A DNA stretch of 64,000 nt from Amoebophrya sp. A120 (lineage: Eukaryota; Protista; Dinoflagellata), in the NCBI GenBank assembly GCA_905178155.1, contig CAJINV010000005.1, forward strand, positions 3,469,902-3,533,901, in the 5' to 3' direction. The notes beneath the pieces were generated by a model that saw only the letters and a list, made by a program, of their open reading frames with translations, did not search any database and was not told the origin of the DNA. Below, one piece after another: positions 24,201-36,611 of this stretch. Each line of letters begins with the position of its first letter. Positions within the stretch are counted from its first letter, which is position 1. Position numbers and translations under genes: made by a program.

Positions 24201-27200
24201 TGCAGTAGTTGTTCTCGTTCTGGGCGATATGGTTCGTTGTTGTAACACAGGACTTCTGCTGTGTTGTGATTTCGGACTTTTAGACTTGTCACTGTCCAAT
24301 TTACTGAACAACCGGTCCTGAAAAATCTGCCTGCGTGACCGGTTCTCCACCTGTACTAGTTGCTCCTGTTCTCCCTTTTGTCCGATGATTCTTATCGAGG
24401 AATCGTCATCCTTTGTTTCCGAAAAAACGGACCTAGAACCCCCGACATCAAAAATTTCCTCCAGGGAAGGCTGCTCCAGGTGATGTCTTGACGCAGCAGA
24501 GTCGACATGATGTTCTTGGCGCGCAGATGAAGTCGAGCCAAGTCTAGGCGCGTTCAGCTGCGGAATGATCGGAGCTGCGAGGTCATGAGGACGAGTACAA
24601 GCACCCGTCGAGCCAGAAACCATGTAGGGGTCCTCTTCTTGGTCTACAGAATCTCTGAGCGTGCGTCGCAGTGGTCCTCCTGCGGAGGTGGTTGCAGAGC
24701 CGCTGGAAGATGAAGAAGGTAACCACGCGCCGCCGGTTGTGCTACTAGACCCCGACCCAGAAAAAGCCTTTAACACCCGTTCCTGCATGCGCGGCTCCAC
24801 ATTCGCCAGTGCATTGTGTTGTTGTTGAAGCGATGTGGCGGACGCGGCCCGGGACATGCCGTGAGGATTGGTGGTCGTCGTATTTGCGGCTGGGGCAGCT
24901 CCAGATGCAGATGCTGTTCCTGCTAGTGGTGGCGAAGATATTGTTGACCCTAGTATTCGCGAGTGCAGCTGCGGCGACACGGACTTCGCTTGTTTCGGTG
25001 AGCTCTGTTTGATACTCGGAAAGAACCCCGCCGACGGTACTATGGAGGCAGCTGTCGCAGGAATCATTACTTCTCCTCTCTCAGCTTCCACGGCTGAAAA
25101 GCTGGACATGGGTGGGCTACTGGGGCTGGCCCTCGGCGGCGACGCTCTCGACGGCGACGAGAGCTGCGGTGCGAGAAGCCCTCGTCCCGGGGAGCTCGAG
25201 ACAATCGGCATCACAAAGGTGTGTCCGTTGATAGTTTTCGCTAACCCCCGAGTCGTGTGGGAGGGGGAGGACGTGTTGGCCGGGATGCGCTGCAGCGGAG
25301 AAATGGACTTGGACTTCTTGTTGTTTTCTTCTGTAGTTCTTTCGCCCGTGGGGGTCTTCGGAGCTGTTGGTGCTGCCTCACCATCATCTTGCTTTTTGTT
25401 CTTTGTTGTGACGAGCAACTGTACCTCCTCCGGCGAAGAAGACGAGCCTGCAGGGCCAGGATCTCTATGCGACTGCTCGTCGGCGGAAGTCGAGGTAAAG
25501 TCCTCGGTGTGCTGCTGGAGCTGCACTTTTCCTGCTGATGTTGTCGGTGCTTTTGCATCTATTTCTGCGAAAGGCTTAGTCGTGCTGTCATCAACGACAA
25601 TATCGAGCACGACGGCCTTGCTGCTACCGAGTACGCGTCGCTTTTTCGTTGCTGGATCGGAAGCTACACCGAACTGGATCGTGCCTGGGCGCGCGGGTGG
25701 TGTTGCAACTACAAGGCCGCCAGAGATGTTGGCCACGACAGTAGGCACAGCACCCTGTTGCGTTGATGGTTGACCGATCTCTAGTACCGCGACATTGTCC
25801 TCCTGCGCTTCGGTTTCGTCTTCCACCCCCGCATCTACTTCACCCGGCGGCGTTTCCGGCTGTACAATCATCGCCTGATTCATTGCTGGATTCAGACCTG
25901 CTCCACTGGTGGGCGCCACCGGCGGTCTTCCGAGATAACCACCACTAGTTTGCTGCTGTGCCCCGCCTGCTGGTGCCACCCCGCGTGGGGTAATCAGAAA
26001 CTCCTGCGCGCTGTTCCCCTCCTGCAAGTAGTGGGTGCTCTCCTCATTCTGGTGCACCGGGGAGAGGCTACCAAAAGACGCGGTGTCCTGTTGGGGCTGA
26101 TGTTCCTCTTGTTGTAATATTTGCTCTCCAGCGCGAGGACCTCCTTCGGTGTGGTCCTGCTCACTGGTAATTGTAGCGGCGGTGGCGTTGAACGGCTGGA
26201 ACGTGGTTGGGGGTTGAGTTGTCGCCGCATCTGCTGCTCTCGCTATGTTCAGTTGCAGAAGCCCTGAAGTCGTTGAGTCGGTTCTGGCCCCATTGCCCAA
26301 AACCGGCTCCGGACTGGCTAGCAGCGCTGTCCGCAGCTTCTCGTGCGGATCTGCGTCCATTGGCGGAGACTCCTGCGTGTCCGTCCCGAAGGTCACCTCG
26401 TCACCCGGTGATGCTTGCAGAATGCCGTCCGCACTGGGCGTTCGGCAGAACTTCTTGCCGAAGGAAGGCGGCGAAGGGTGCGGTTGGTTCGGGTTGGAGG
26501 ACGAGATAAATCCGCGGGCGAAATCCGGCGAAGCCGTGGAGAAGTTTGTGAGGACAGGAACAGATGCGGGCCGCTGTTCTCCCTGCACAGCATCTCCGAC
26601 CACGGGTGGAACAACCTCTGGAGCTGTGGTGCCGCTGCTGGGTAGTTCTTGCGGAGGTCCTCCACCTCCTTGAGCAATGTTTATTGCGCTTGTTGTTTCA
26701 GCAACCTCAATCTCACTGGCTTGTAGTTCTTGCGGACCAAATGAAACTTTACCGGCCAATGTGTCTTTCTTGTCTCTAGTTTCGACATTGGCTTTGGGGG
26801 ATTTTGCATTTCCATTTGATGTTAGTACATCTCGCGTCTGCTGCTTCGGAGAAACGCTGTTGCCGGAAGATCTGTTCTTGATCCAAGAGGGCAGGGGGTG
26901 CTTTGTGAGCTGCGTCGGTGACGTAGCTGCACTCGTGGCGTTTCTCCCAACTGCAGGTGGATTCTCTCCTGGGCAGCTATCATGAGAAAAATAAAACCCA
27001 TCCCACCCACATCCATTTTTTGCATGACAAACACAAGATTTTTAACCTTTACCTCCTTATGTATGTTTTGCATGACAAATTGGATGTGGATGGGTGTTTT
27101 TTCCTGGATAGCAGCCTCCCCGTGGCGACTTCGACTTCTTCTTCTGCCGGCTGCTCGTACTACCGCCTGCCAACAGCGATCCAATACTCGTCGACGCTGC

Positions 27201-30200
27201 ATTTATTCTCCCCGTCGTCGTGGGCTGTTCTTGTAGTCCAAGCTTCTCTTTCTCTTTCTGTGCCTGCGTGTGCTCCAGCAAAACCTGTTGCATTCGGCTT
27301 TTCAGGGAGGGCATGCGCGCTAAGGCAGGAAGATCGTCGTGACCACGAGGGCTTAAGCTCGGTGTCGCCCGGTTGTGCGTTGAGCTTGACGAAGTGGAAA
27401 ACAGTTCTTGCACGGGACTCGGACCACCTCCACCGGCAAGGCCGCCTGCTGGTGCGCCGGAAGAAGCGGACGCTGCCCCGGGACTGCTGACAACAACGGA
27501 CTCCTCGATGAGCACATCTTCTGTCTTTGAGTCCAGAATCTGGTAGGACCAGGCCAGATGCTGACCGTCTTCATCTGGACGACGAGGTGCAGCTACGTCT
27601 TCTTGTGGAGAACTGTGCGCACCTGTCGCCACCTCGGTTGGAGGCAGCTGCACTATCGCCCCCACGGCTTCGTTGTGGCCGCGGCTAGCATGTTCTGCCG
27701 TCTCTGTACTTCTTTGCGGACGATCGTTCTTAGGTCTCTCCTCCTGTTCGACGAGATTGTTATCACCATTTGTTCCCACCTCCTCCAGCGCTCCCACTCT
27801 CGCCTGTTCCTTCTTCGCGTTTACCGCCGCTGTCAGGGCCGCAAACCTCTCCGCAGCCGGACTCAGCGGACTCGCCCCGGTTGGTGAAGACGCGGACAGC
27901 ATTCCTCCCCGTTTTGACCGGGTGAGCAGCGAGCTGGAGCTGCTCGTGCCTGAGGAGCTGCTGCCTGGGGAAGTGGCTGAAGTCGTAGTCGCAGCTGCTG
28001 CTGCGACAAGCGGATGCACAGCAGGAGCTGGTGGGACGAGAGGAGGAGAACTGCCAAGATTTGCACCAGCAGCAGCAGCACGACCCCCGAAAGATGAACC
28101 AGACGACGTGGCAGTCTGTCCTGGTGCAGCAGCGACGCCATAATTCTGTTGAACAAGCTGCTGCTGTTGCTGTTGTTCCGTGCTCGAGGACGCTGAGGAA
28201 CAGCTGCTGTTCGCCGAGGCGCTAAGTTCATCGACGCAGCCAGTCTCGTTGTCCACGACGAGATGCTTGTTCTGCTTCTTCAAATACGAAAACGCGCGCG
28301 TCGGTTCGCGCGGACTCCTCGGCATCTTGAACTGCACCCCCTGGTGCTGCGAGTGCTGCTGCGCGCGCTGCTCCACCCACTCTTGCAGGGAAATCCGCTT
28401 TTCCTTGTCCATCTGCTTCGCCGGCCAGAGCAGCTTGGGTTTGGTGTTGTTTTCCTTACTGGAAGACGCAGAGGAGGAGGACGAGGACGCAGCGGAGGTG
28501 CCAGTGAGAACTGGAGAGACCACTTGCGTTGGCGAAGTACCCTTCACCCCGGCGCCCGCTGGTGCTGGGACCACGTTTGCCGTTTGCGCTGGTGGCACTC
28601 CTTTCGGTACTGATGCTGCAGCTTCGGGCGCAGTTGAAGTCGTAACAGTAGCCGTTGTCGCAGGTAGTTCCGAAGCAGGGGCTATCGTCGGGCACGTTGT
28701 AATCAGCGTATTTCCACTGCTTTCCGGGCGGAGAACCTCGTCCACGTTCGCCGCTTCTAGTCTTTCTCTTTGCCCCTGGAATGCAGCTACGCCCCTTGGA
28801 GGGGACGTTGGCGAAGATGATTTGCTTTTCGGCTTGTCGCCTCGTTGTCGTGTCCACGTTGGCTGTACACTGGAGGAGGACGACGAGGAGGGTGCTGTTG
28901 CTGGTGTTGCTTCTTCCTGCTTCGCTTCCCCCGATGCTATCATCTTCTCCATCGTCCGTAGCTTTTCCAGCAGTCTCTGATTCTCCTGCTCCAAGGCTGC
29001 GTGCCTTGGAGACCGCGTCAGCTGGCTCTGCAGTTGGTGGTCTTCGTGGGATTTTCGAATTGTGTTGCTTTTCTTCTCTCGGCTGCTTTTGGACTTCCGA
29101 TTTTGAGCGGCAGTGCGGGCCGGCGCCGGTGGCTGTTTTTTGACGTTGCTGGCAATTCCAACATGCAGGCATCATGCGAACAAAGCGCTTTTCATATAAA
29201 AAATGAGTGCACACAAAAAACACATCTCGGGTTGGTTTTTGTTGTTGGAAAAAAACCTCCAATTTTCAAAAGTACATCAAGAAACCTGCCCTTCCACAAA
29301 CGCATCGTCCGTTTTCTCACTCGCGGCCAGAAACAGCGAATTCACCATCTCCAGCCATTCCTCCTCGCCTCCCAACTTTGGCGGCAGCGCTTTTTTCGCC
29401 ACTTTCCCGACCAGGCGCAGCGTCGCCACCGTCTGCGAAAAGTCCGCCGCCCAGGGCGAGCAGGTCGCGACCATCGCGAGCGTGGTGACTCTCGGCCCGA
29501 GGAAATTCGCAAGTCTCTCCGCCTCTCGATCCCCGGGGCGCTCGTCCAGAGCGCTGGTTGGGGAGGAGGGGGCGGGGAGGAGGCCGGCATTCTGTGGGCC
29601 AAGGGATGGAGATGCGGCGGCGGGGGGTCGGTAGTCACCTAGCAGCATCGTGACGAGTGGAGAGGTTTTGTGAAAGAGAGGAGCAGGAGTTCCATTTGCT
29701 TTCAAATACTGACAGAAACCAGGGCCATATGATCAAGAGAGGGCAATAGAGTGTTACGTATGCATGATTGATCATGCTAAAACTCTTATACCAGAACCTT
29801 GCGCCACTATGGTGAATAGGTATTCCAGCCAGCGTAGCTGCGCCCGGCTTTGCCTCTGGCTCTGCCCTTCCTGCTGCAATGCGGCGGGAAAGTGTGACAC
29901 ATCGACGATGTGCAGTGCAGTGGTTTGGGATGTGAAGATAGACAAAGCCATCCAATCCGCGGGCCGATGATCACTGGAGGTTTCCTGCTCTCCAGATAAT
30001 GCTTCCTCCTCGCTGGTCGTTCGCCCGACGTCTGCAGCATTGTTTACGCGGTCGACACTGTATCTTCTGTGTTCTCGAGAAGAGGAGTTATACGCTTTCC
30101 TGATTTCCCGTTTCACAAATTGCTGCGCAACCTCCACACTCCGAAACGCTTTTTCCGACACGATTATGGAGTTTTGGTCCACTCTTTCCTCTTCCTTACA

Positions 30201-31034
30201 TCTCCTCGTCGGCGAGCTGCAGTTGATCTTTTTCTTCGCTGCGACAACGTCTGTGATGCGGGAAATGCGGACGATGATTGGGCTAGACGCCGGGGGTGAC
30301 GATACTGGCTTTGATGTTGTCGTGAAAGCAACATTTAGTACATTCCGAGAACTAGAAGAGGAGGAGGTTGTGGCAGGTGAGGTTTTTGTGGTAACCCGAG
30401 TTTCCTTGTCCAGAAACTGCATCGCGAGCGAGGCCATCGTTGCTTCCTGTCCCGTGTCGTGGTCACCGCAGATGAAGATGGCGCGCTCGCCGGATGGTGC
30501 TGACTGCTTCTGATTCTCTTCGTCTTCCCCTGATGAGGAAGACGAAGAAGAGGACGCAGCTCTTTCATCCACTAGATCCTTCGCTTTCGAACGTGAAAGT
30601 GCTGACCCAAACAGCAGCTCTTCCGGAACGTCATTTTGATCCGTACCTCCACCAGCAGTGGTCTCACGACCTTTATTCATCGTCCCGACGAATGCGTCAC
30701 CGGTCAGCAACGCGCGGAATTCCTGACAGGGGTCGTACAAAGTCGAGACCTTGCTTGTGCTAAACAAGCTACTGGCCGCGGAGGAGGAGTCTCCTGCGTT
30801 GGACAAAATCGACGTGTGAAGTGCGCAGGATGTGGTCGTGTTGTTCGTGGCATTGTTGATCTCGTCGGCGTGCTGGTTTGATGTTCCACCGCCGTTGAGA
30901 CTGATGGTGAGTATCCTCTGCGAGTTTAAGTCCTGCCGCGCCCAATGGATTCGCGGGACCAGAGCGGTGCGCTCGCAATTCTCCTCCTCGTTCACGTGGA
31001 GGCGCGCGTACGTTTCGACGGAAGGACCGAGCAT
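18249..31034 (-). CDS. Giant (~4,100 aa) kinesin-like protein with a degenerate N-terminal motor domain, a short coiled coil and a very long S/T/A/Q-rich disordered tail
   Basis: Exons 31034-29792, 29638-29286, ~29132-27111, 26972-18249. Motor-like motifs in kinesin order: SVETYARL, AIFICGDHDTGQEATM (P-loop position), NSSSREH (switch I), LHIVDVS (switch II), LANFLGPRVTTLAMVATCSPWAADFSQTVATLRLV. The acceptor of intron 2 is uncertain. Confidence 0.75.
26978..27110. mobile_element. Introner E7, 133 bp
   Basis: TAT...ATA ends, TIR including AAAAA.A.ACCCATCC, direct repeat GCAGC at 26973-26977 and 27111-27115. Removal fuses the 645-aa and 2836-aa ORFs in frame. Confidence 0.92.
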
Positions 31035-31808
31035 CTTGATTTATCGTTGTGAAGGTCCTGCTCACATGTAGTATACTTGTTCGGTGCGACGTGTTGATCA
31101 GGTACTGCTATGGTTACACCACTAGAAGCGTGCCTCTAACAACATCTCAACAACATTGCGGAAAAACTACCAGCAGCACCGCGCCGCTGTGTTGCTGAGC
31201 TGACTACAAAGAACTCCAACTTCTCAGACATTCTTATTCTTTCCCTATCCAATAGTTGAGGTGTTTTCTACAGCGTCTACTCCTCGTCGATTCGTAAAAT
31301 GTATGCCGCGCAGCGCCTTCATATCATCTCATCATCGGGCATCTTCTCGTTTAGACACATACGATGACAAGTTGCATCAACTCTTGAAAGTTGATCCAAA
31401 GCAGCAGAAGAAACATCTTCTTGTTCTGTGGCAGACCTGAAAGATGAAACTTGCTGCAACGACGCTCTCAGACAGACTAGAATTAGTACACGACCTTCCT
31501 TGCTGCACGAAGACGGAAATAACGCAGACGCAAGTATAGTTTTCGCAGAAGTCATCGAATAGTGCCTGTGACAGAAGAGAGATGAGAAACCGGTACCGAG
31601 AGTGAAAGTGAAAGAACAGTCAAATAGCAGTTGCTATGATGACAGGAAGGCTGAGTCGCAAGCGACTGGGGCTGGCCGAGCGAGTCCAAGTCAAACACCA
31701 AGAGCCTAATAATGCGCCGATGCAGTCAGTTTCAGTTACAGTAGTATTTTTGTCGCGGAGATTGAAATATAGAAATCAGAGAGGAACTACCTCTCTCCCG
31801 TTCTTACT

Positions 31809-33923
31809 TTACATCATATCGTCCACATTGTACAGGTCATGCGCTGCGAGCTTCACAGGCAGATGTGCACGATACCGGTCTGTGCATGCGTTCAGAAGGG
31901 TTGCAAATTCCGGGAGGGAATCAGATCGCGAGTCATCTGTAGCAACTAGTACAACATCATCTTCCGTATTTACTCCTCTTTCGTGAAGATCTTCCGATGA
32001 ATCCGTTCTACACACAATCGCCCGGTTTTGCATCGAGTTTGACAGCGGTACGTAGACGATTTGGGAAACGCTTTTGAAGAACGTCCTTAATTTTTCCATC
32101 CGCAAGGCCTGCACCAAATCGTCGCAGACTTCCGCAATTTTGATGTGTTCCGTGGAAAGTTTCGAATCCACAGACTGCTCCGTATTCCGCCACGCTGCCC
32201 ACTTACAGAGCTGGGCGAAAATGTGCTGCTTATTGGTTCGCGACGGGTTGGTGCTTGTTTTAGTGCTGGTGCTTTCTGATTTCTTACCAACATCTTCGCT
32301 GGCAGAGGCAGTGTCTTCCTCTGCAACAGAAGAAACGATGTCATAGTAGTCCGTGAAGAACTTCAAGTCGCGTTTTTCTGGGTCTGTGGAGATTTTGTGG
32401 GTGCAACAGCTGGCGAAGACGGCACCGTGGAGGTACATAGAATTTTTATGCTCGTCTTTGGTGCTCTCGTCCTCCAGCGCCAGCTCTCGTCCCAAATTCT
32501 CCATAAACCGAATGCAGTAATCCGTGCCGGCTCCGCAGAGATGCTTGCAGAGGATGATCACCTTTCTGTACGGCCTTAGCTTCTCAGCAGCAGCAGCTTC
32601 ATTTATCTCCCGCAACAATTTGAGAATGTCTGGCAAAACCGTGCTGACGCACTGCTCCAGCCTCTTGAATTTCAACTCCGGAAACTTCTCCTTCGGGAAG
32701 TAAAACTCCCCCTGACAGTTTTCGTGCGGCGTTCTCCTGTCGACGCCGACCGCAAAACTGTTGAAGATGAGGCCCGCGAGAAGAACTAGAGTCGCGTTCC
32801 CGCAGCCTAAGTCGATGATCACTGTCTCGCTGTCACAGTTGAGTTTGTAGAGCTGCTCTAGGAGGGAAGCTTCTTGGGCGGAAAACTTTTGCGCGTAGTT
32901 CTCGCCGCGGATGAAAAAGCTTTCGACAAACTGGAGTGCTTGCTTCGAACAATGCTGCTGCGGAAGGAAATCGTAGGGGACGTAGGGGGTGTGGGTGTGA
33001 GGGTTGTTGTTTTCGATTCTATTTTCGGCGTTTTTGCGCTTCATTTGTTCCTCGTTGATGTTCATCATCATACTATTCTCGTCAGTCCCTTCCGTCTCGC
33101 CACTACGGGTACTCGCAGGGGAGAGTGAAAGATTGCCAAATTTTGCGGACACAAGATCTACTTCCTCGCGCTGCGCCGAGATCATTCTATTTGTCGCATC
33201 GCGACTGGTGTCAACACCAGAACCCTGGTCTTCGCATGGCTGGCAGAGGAATCCAAAGTGTTCCAAAATCCTGCACCGAACCGAGTCAATCACCTCTGCC
33301 GGCGCGGGCTCCTTTCGCTTGGCCGCTTCGCGTTCGCGAATGACCGCGAGCTTGTGGGCCTCGCGTTCGTGGGGTGGGAGAAGTGAGAGGTCGGGTTTGG
33401 AGGCTAGATTGCTTGTTTTATTCTTCATCCCTGGTCGTTGTTCTTGCTGCTGGTCATGGTTCATCGCCATCGCGAGATCGTCGCCATTACTTTGGCCATT
33501 AGAAAAGCCCTGTGCTATGGAGCCGTGTTGAGACAGAAACGACGTTAGAGGGTCGGACCCGTGGCGTTCTTCCCTTTCATTATCGCTACTGCCCGTATTG
33601 TGGCAGGTTTTGTGCCATTGAAACAGCGCTGCCACCTTCTCTACTGCGTCGTATTTCACCTTCGATCGTTTCTCCCGCCGTGCGAGCTTTCGGATTTCAC
33701 GTCGGTGCTGCCGCTTCTTGTCTTGCTTACTTGTGGACGAGGGGGTTGCTGGCTCTGGGACAGAAATTCTCTGGCCGTTTGTTCCTGCGTTTACAGTGGC
33801 GTTTTGTGCTGTCGTGGGTTCTTGCTCGGTCTGTGACACTTCCTGCTCCTGACTATCGTCATCCATTTCGGTCCAGGGGAATGGTTCCGGAGGGTCGAGG
33901 TTTTCGTCAGACACTTTAGTCAT
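31809..33923 (-). CDS. TRM13: TRM13-like tRNA position-4 2'-O-methyltransferase, 704 aa, single exon
   Basis: QEASLL, IIDLGCGNATL, GVDRR, CKHLCGAGTDYCIR, GAVFASCCTHK, LR..L...F..V..IVYVPLSNSMQNRAIV follow the TRM13 motif order. Confidence 0.82.
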   Translation of the reverse strand: MTKVSDENLDPPEPFPWTEMDDDSQEQEVSQTEQEPTTAQNATVNAGTNGQRISVPEPATPSSTSKQDKKRQHRREIRKLARREKRSKVKYDAVEKVAALFQWHKTCHNTGSSDNEREERHGSDPLTSFLSQHGSIAQGFSNGQSNGDDLAMAMNHDQQQEQRPGMKNKTSNLASKPDLSLLPPHEREAHKLAVIREREAAKRKEPAPAEVIDSVRCRILEHFGFLCQPCEDQGSGVDTSRDATNRMISAQREEVDLVSAKFGNLSLSPASTRSGETEGTDENSMMMNINEEQMKRKNAENRIENNNPHTHTPYVPYDFLPQQHCSKQALQFVESFFIRGENYAQKFSAQEASLLEQLYKLNCDSETVIIDLGCGNATLVLLAGLIFNSFAVGVDRRTPHENCQGEFYFPKEKFPELKFKRLEQCVSTVLPDILKLLREINEAAAAEKLRPYRKVIILCKHLCGAGTDYCIRFMENLGRELALEDESTKDEHKNSMYLHGAVFASCCTHKISTDPEKRDLKFFTDYYDIVSSVAEEDTASASEDVGKKSESTSTKTSTNPSRTNKQHIFAQLCKWAAWRNTEQSVDSKLSTEHIKIAEVCDDLVQALRMEKLRTFFKSVSQIVYVPLSNSMQNRAIVCRTDSSEDLHERGVNTEDDVVLVATDDSRSDSLPEFATLLNACTDRYRAHLPVKLAAHDLYNVDDMM

Positions 33924-34744
33924 TTTTTTTTATGTCGAACCTGTCTAATGCCTCGCACATCAATGGAGGCGAAGCTTAAGTAGACCTCCGCTCCAACAAT
34001 ACTTACAACATGTACTCTTATAAGTGGTTTACAAGCAAAAGGGTTTTTTTTCAGAATAAAGTCTAATGTCGAAAAGTGAAGACCGAGTTAACAACAATAG
34101 GAAGTCAATTACGGGCTGTACTGGAATGTCACAAAAACGGCTACCTAGATAACATTCAATCATCTTATTTTCTATAGAGACAACAAGGATCAATATTTTC
34201 AATCGCTTTTGTTGATCTATCTCTTTGCGTCGATGCCACGATCTCCTTGTGTTCTCATGATTGCTGCGAAGGAGCAATTGGTGCGAAGGTTCGTAGGATC
34301 AATTGATGCGAGGGTTCAAGTTCATCATAGGGATAGGACCACTTTCACTGTTGATTCATAGCATCAATAGGTGCGAAGATCGGAATGTAGTGATTTTCAT
34401 CTATGTACATTGCGCCGCGTGTCTGTGTGCTGGCGCAACGGCGGTGTGTTTGATCTCGATAACTATTGTATCGGATATTGATAAATATTCTTGAACTTTC
34501 GGACCCCCGCGCCCCCTTTGAATCTTCTCAAAAAAAACGAAGGGCGCGCCGGACATTCTTCTCAAGAGAAAAAGAGCGGGCGCGAGAAAGTTGAGGAATT
34601 ATTAGCACGACCCACAGCATTTTTCGGATTCAACAAGGGGTCCGGGGACGCACTCCCATTTGTTTAGTAATATTTATCGACATCCGATTCTCAAAGACTC
34701 TTTTTCACGAACAGACCTGTGAGTAGAAGTTGGAAAACAATCAC

Positions 34745-36440
34745 GAGGCCGGCCGGCACTTCTCCAAGGGCAGCGGGCCGCAGCCGTGCTACAGGTCCCG
34801 ACAGCCCAGGGACATAGATACACACAACCACGCGAAACGTACTTTACCACCACGCCCCGAAGCGGACGCGGGGCCATTAGCTATTTGGGCCAGCCGGTGG
34901 CTGGCTGCAGGCGGGCGGCGGCGCCGTGCGTGCAAAATCATGCGCGGCCATCCGCGGCATCCGCGCCTGCGAATTCAGCGAAATAAGCGCGGCAGCTACG
35001 GTCCGTCAGCCGCCACAGGCCGGCGGGCAGCCAAGCAACACTGTGAAGGCCGGCCCGCAGGCGGAAACAAAGAGCCGGGGCCGAGGGGAAACGGGGCGCG
35101 GGCGGGCCTACCGGGGGGGCGAACGGGTGAGCGGGGCGGCGCCGAAGGGGGCGGCGCGCGCTGGCATGCAAGCGGAAGCGGGCGGCTGCCCAACCCGCCC
35201 GGCGGGAGCTCGGAGGCCACAAACCGCAGGGGCAGGCGCCCACGCACCGCGAAAATGGGCGGCCGCAGGGGGTTGCCGATGGGGGGAGGGCGCGGGCCGC
35301 GCGGTCTTCTCCTTTGCGTGGGCCATGGCTGCGCGCCTTCGGGGTTATACATGGGGTAGCCGGCCCAGCGCAAACACACCGGCCGCCGTTTTTCATTCGC
35401 CGGCCCCGCTCGGCCGAAGTTTTGCGCGCGCGGCGCCGCCCGGCCGCCCGACGAAATCGGGCCGACGAAGGCGGCGCCGGCCCGCGGGGGAGTGCGGGGG
35501 CGGGCCGCTGACTTTGCCCCCCCAAGCCCTCCAGCCCGCCAAGCCGCCCAACCTTGCCAAGTGCCTGCCTGCGAGCGCCCATAGCGCCCCCGAAGGCAGT
35601 CCGACGGAACGCGGCCCGGGGGCCTTTCGCGCGGCCCGGGGGCCTTTCACGCGGCCCATGAAAAAACATGGCGCCACAGGCCCGCCGCTCGCGAGTACGG
35701 TGAGAAGGAACCCGCTGGAGGCCGGCGGGGTGGCTCTGTTTCCGTGGGTGCATCTCCTTGGGCTTCCCATTCACAGAAATTGCGCGGAGTTTGCTGTAGG
35801 CGACGGCCCCGCCGACTTCTCTGGGGCTGCGGTTCCCATTCCTGGATCCCAAAGGACGGGGCTGCTCAAACACCGGATACGACTCCACCGCCTTCTCCCT
35901 AGCAGCTGCGCGTTTAGCAGTGCCGCTCTTTTTGCTTTTGCCGCGCCGCCACAATTCGGGGACCTAGCCAAGGCGGAGGCGCTTGCAGGGTAAGCCCCCC
36001 CCCCGGGCATGCGGCCCGCCAGTCACTCAACCAAAGGGAGCGCGGCTGGCGGCTATTCGCACAACACCCAGGCAGGGCGGCAGCACACACAAACGACGAG
36101 GCCCCCTCTGGCCCGGCAGCTCGGGCGGTCGCGGCGGCTTTCACGCAAAGCCAACAACCACACCGGGGGCCGGCGCTCCGCTCTCTAGGTGCGGGCCCTC
36201 CGGCGCCGTCTACCGGCGTGAAAAGAACAGGCACGCAGGTCATAGCTGCCGCCTTTCGTGCGCCCTTGGCCTTGCAGGGTGCGAGAGCAAGCACGCCGCC
36301 CGCGAGTCGGTCCGGCACGCGCGTGGCCCGCCGCGCGTAGGACTGGCATGCTCGGCCGCTTTTTCGGCGCGTCCGTTTTTGGCTTCAAAGTTTCAACTCC
36401 GGCGCTGTTCTTCACAAACTCAGCAGGTTACCACTGCAAA
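34745..36440 (+). mobile_element. GC-rich relic, probably non-LTR retrotransposon (LINE) reverse transcriptase
   Basis: 77% GC in 35041-35280 by manual count. Ordered motif ghosts LTLPPQ..PAKP..LAKCLPASA (PK...RPIS), GAFRAARG, DFSGAAVPIP (D..KAFD), TTPRQGGS (G.RQG). Highly degenerate. Confidence 0.5.
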
Positions 36441-36611
36441 GTGCAACTACGAACACACGTGGCCATCATGTAGACGGCGACACAAATGCCGCTGCAACTT
36501 GTTTGTAAGCGGCGACTCGTGCTTGTCCGTGCAAATGCTAGGCATCAATACTCACCGAGGACTCAGAAAATGAGAAACAACACACACCCACGGTCGTGCT
36601 TTGCAACTAGA

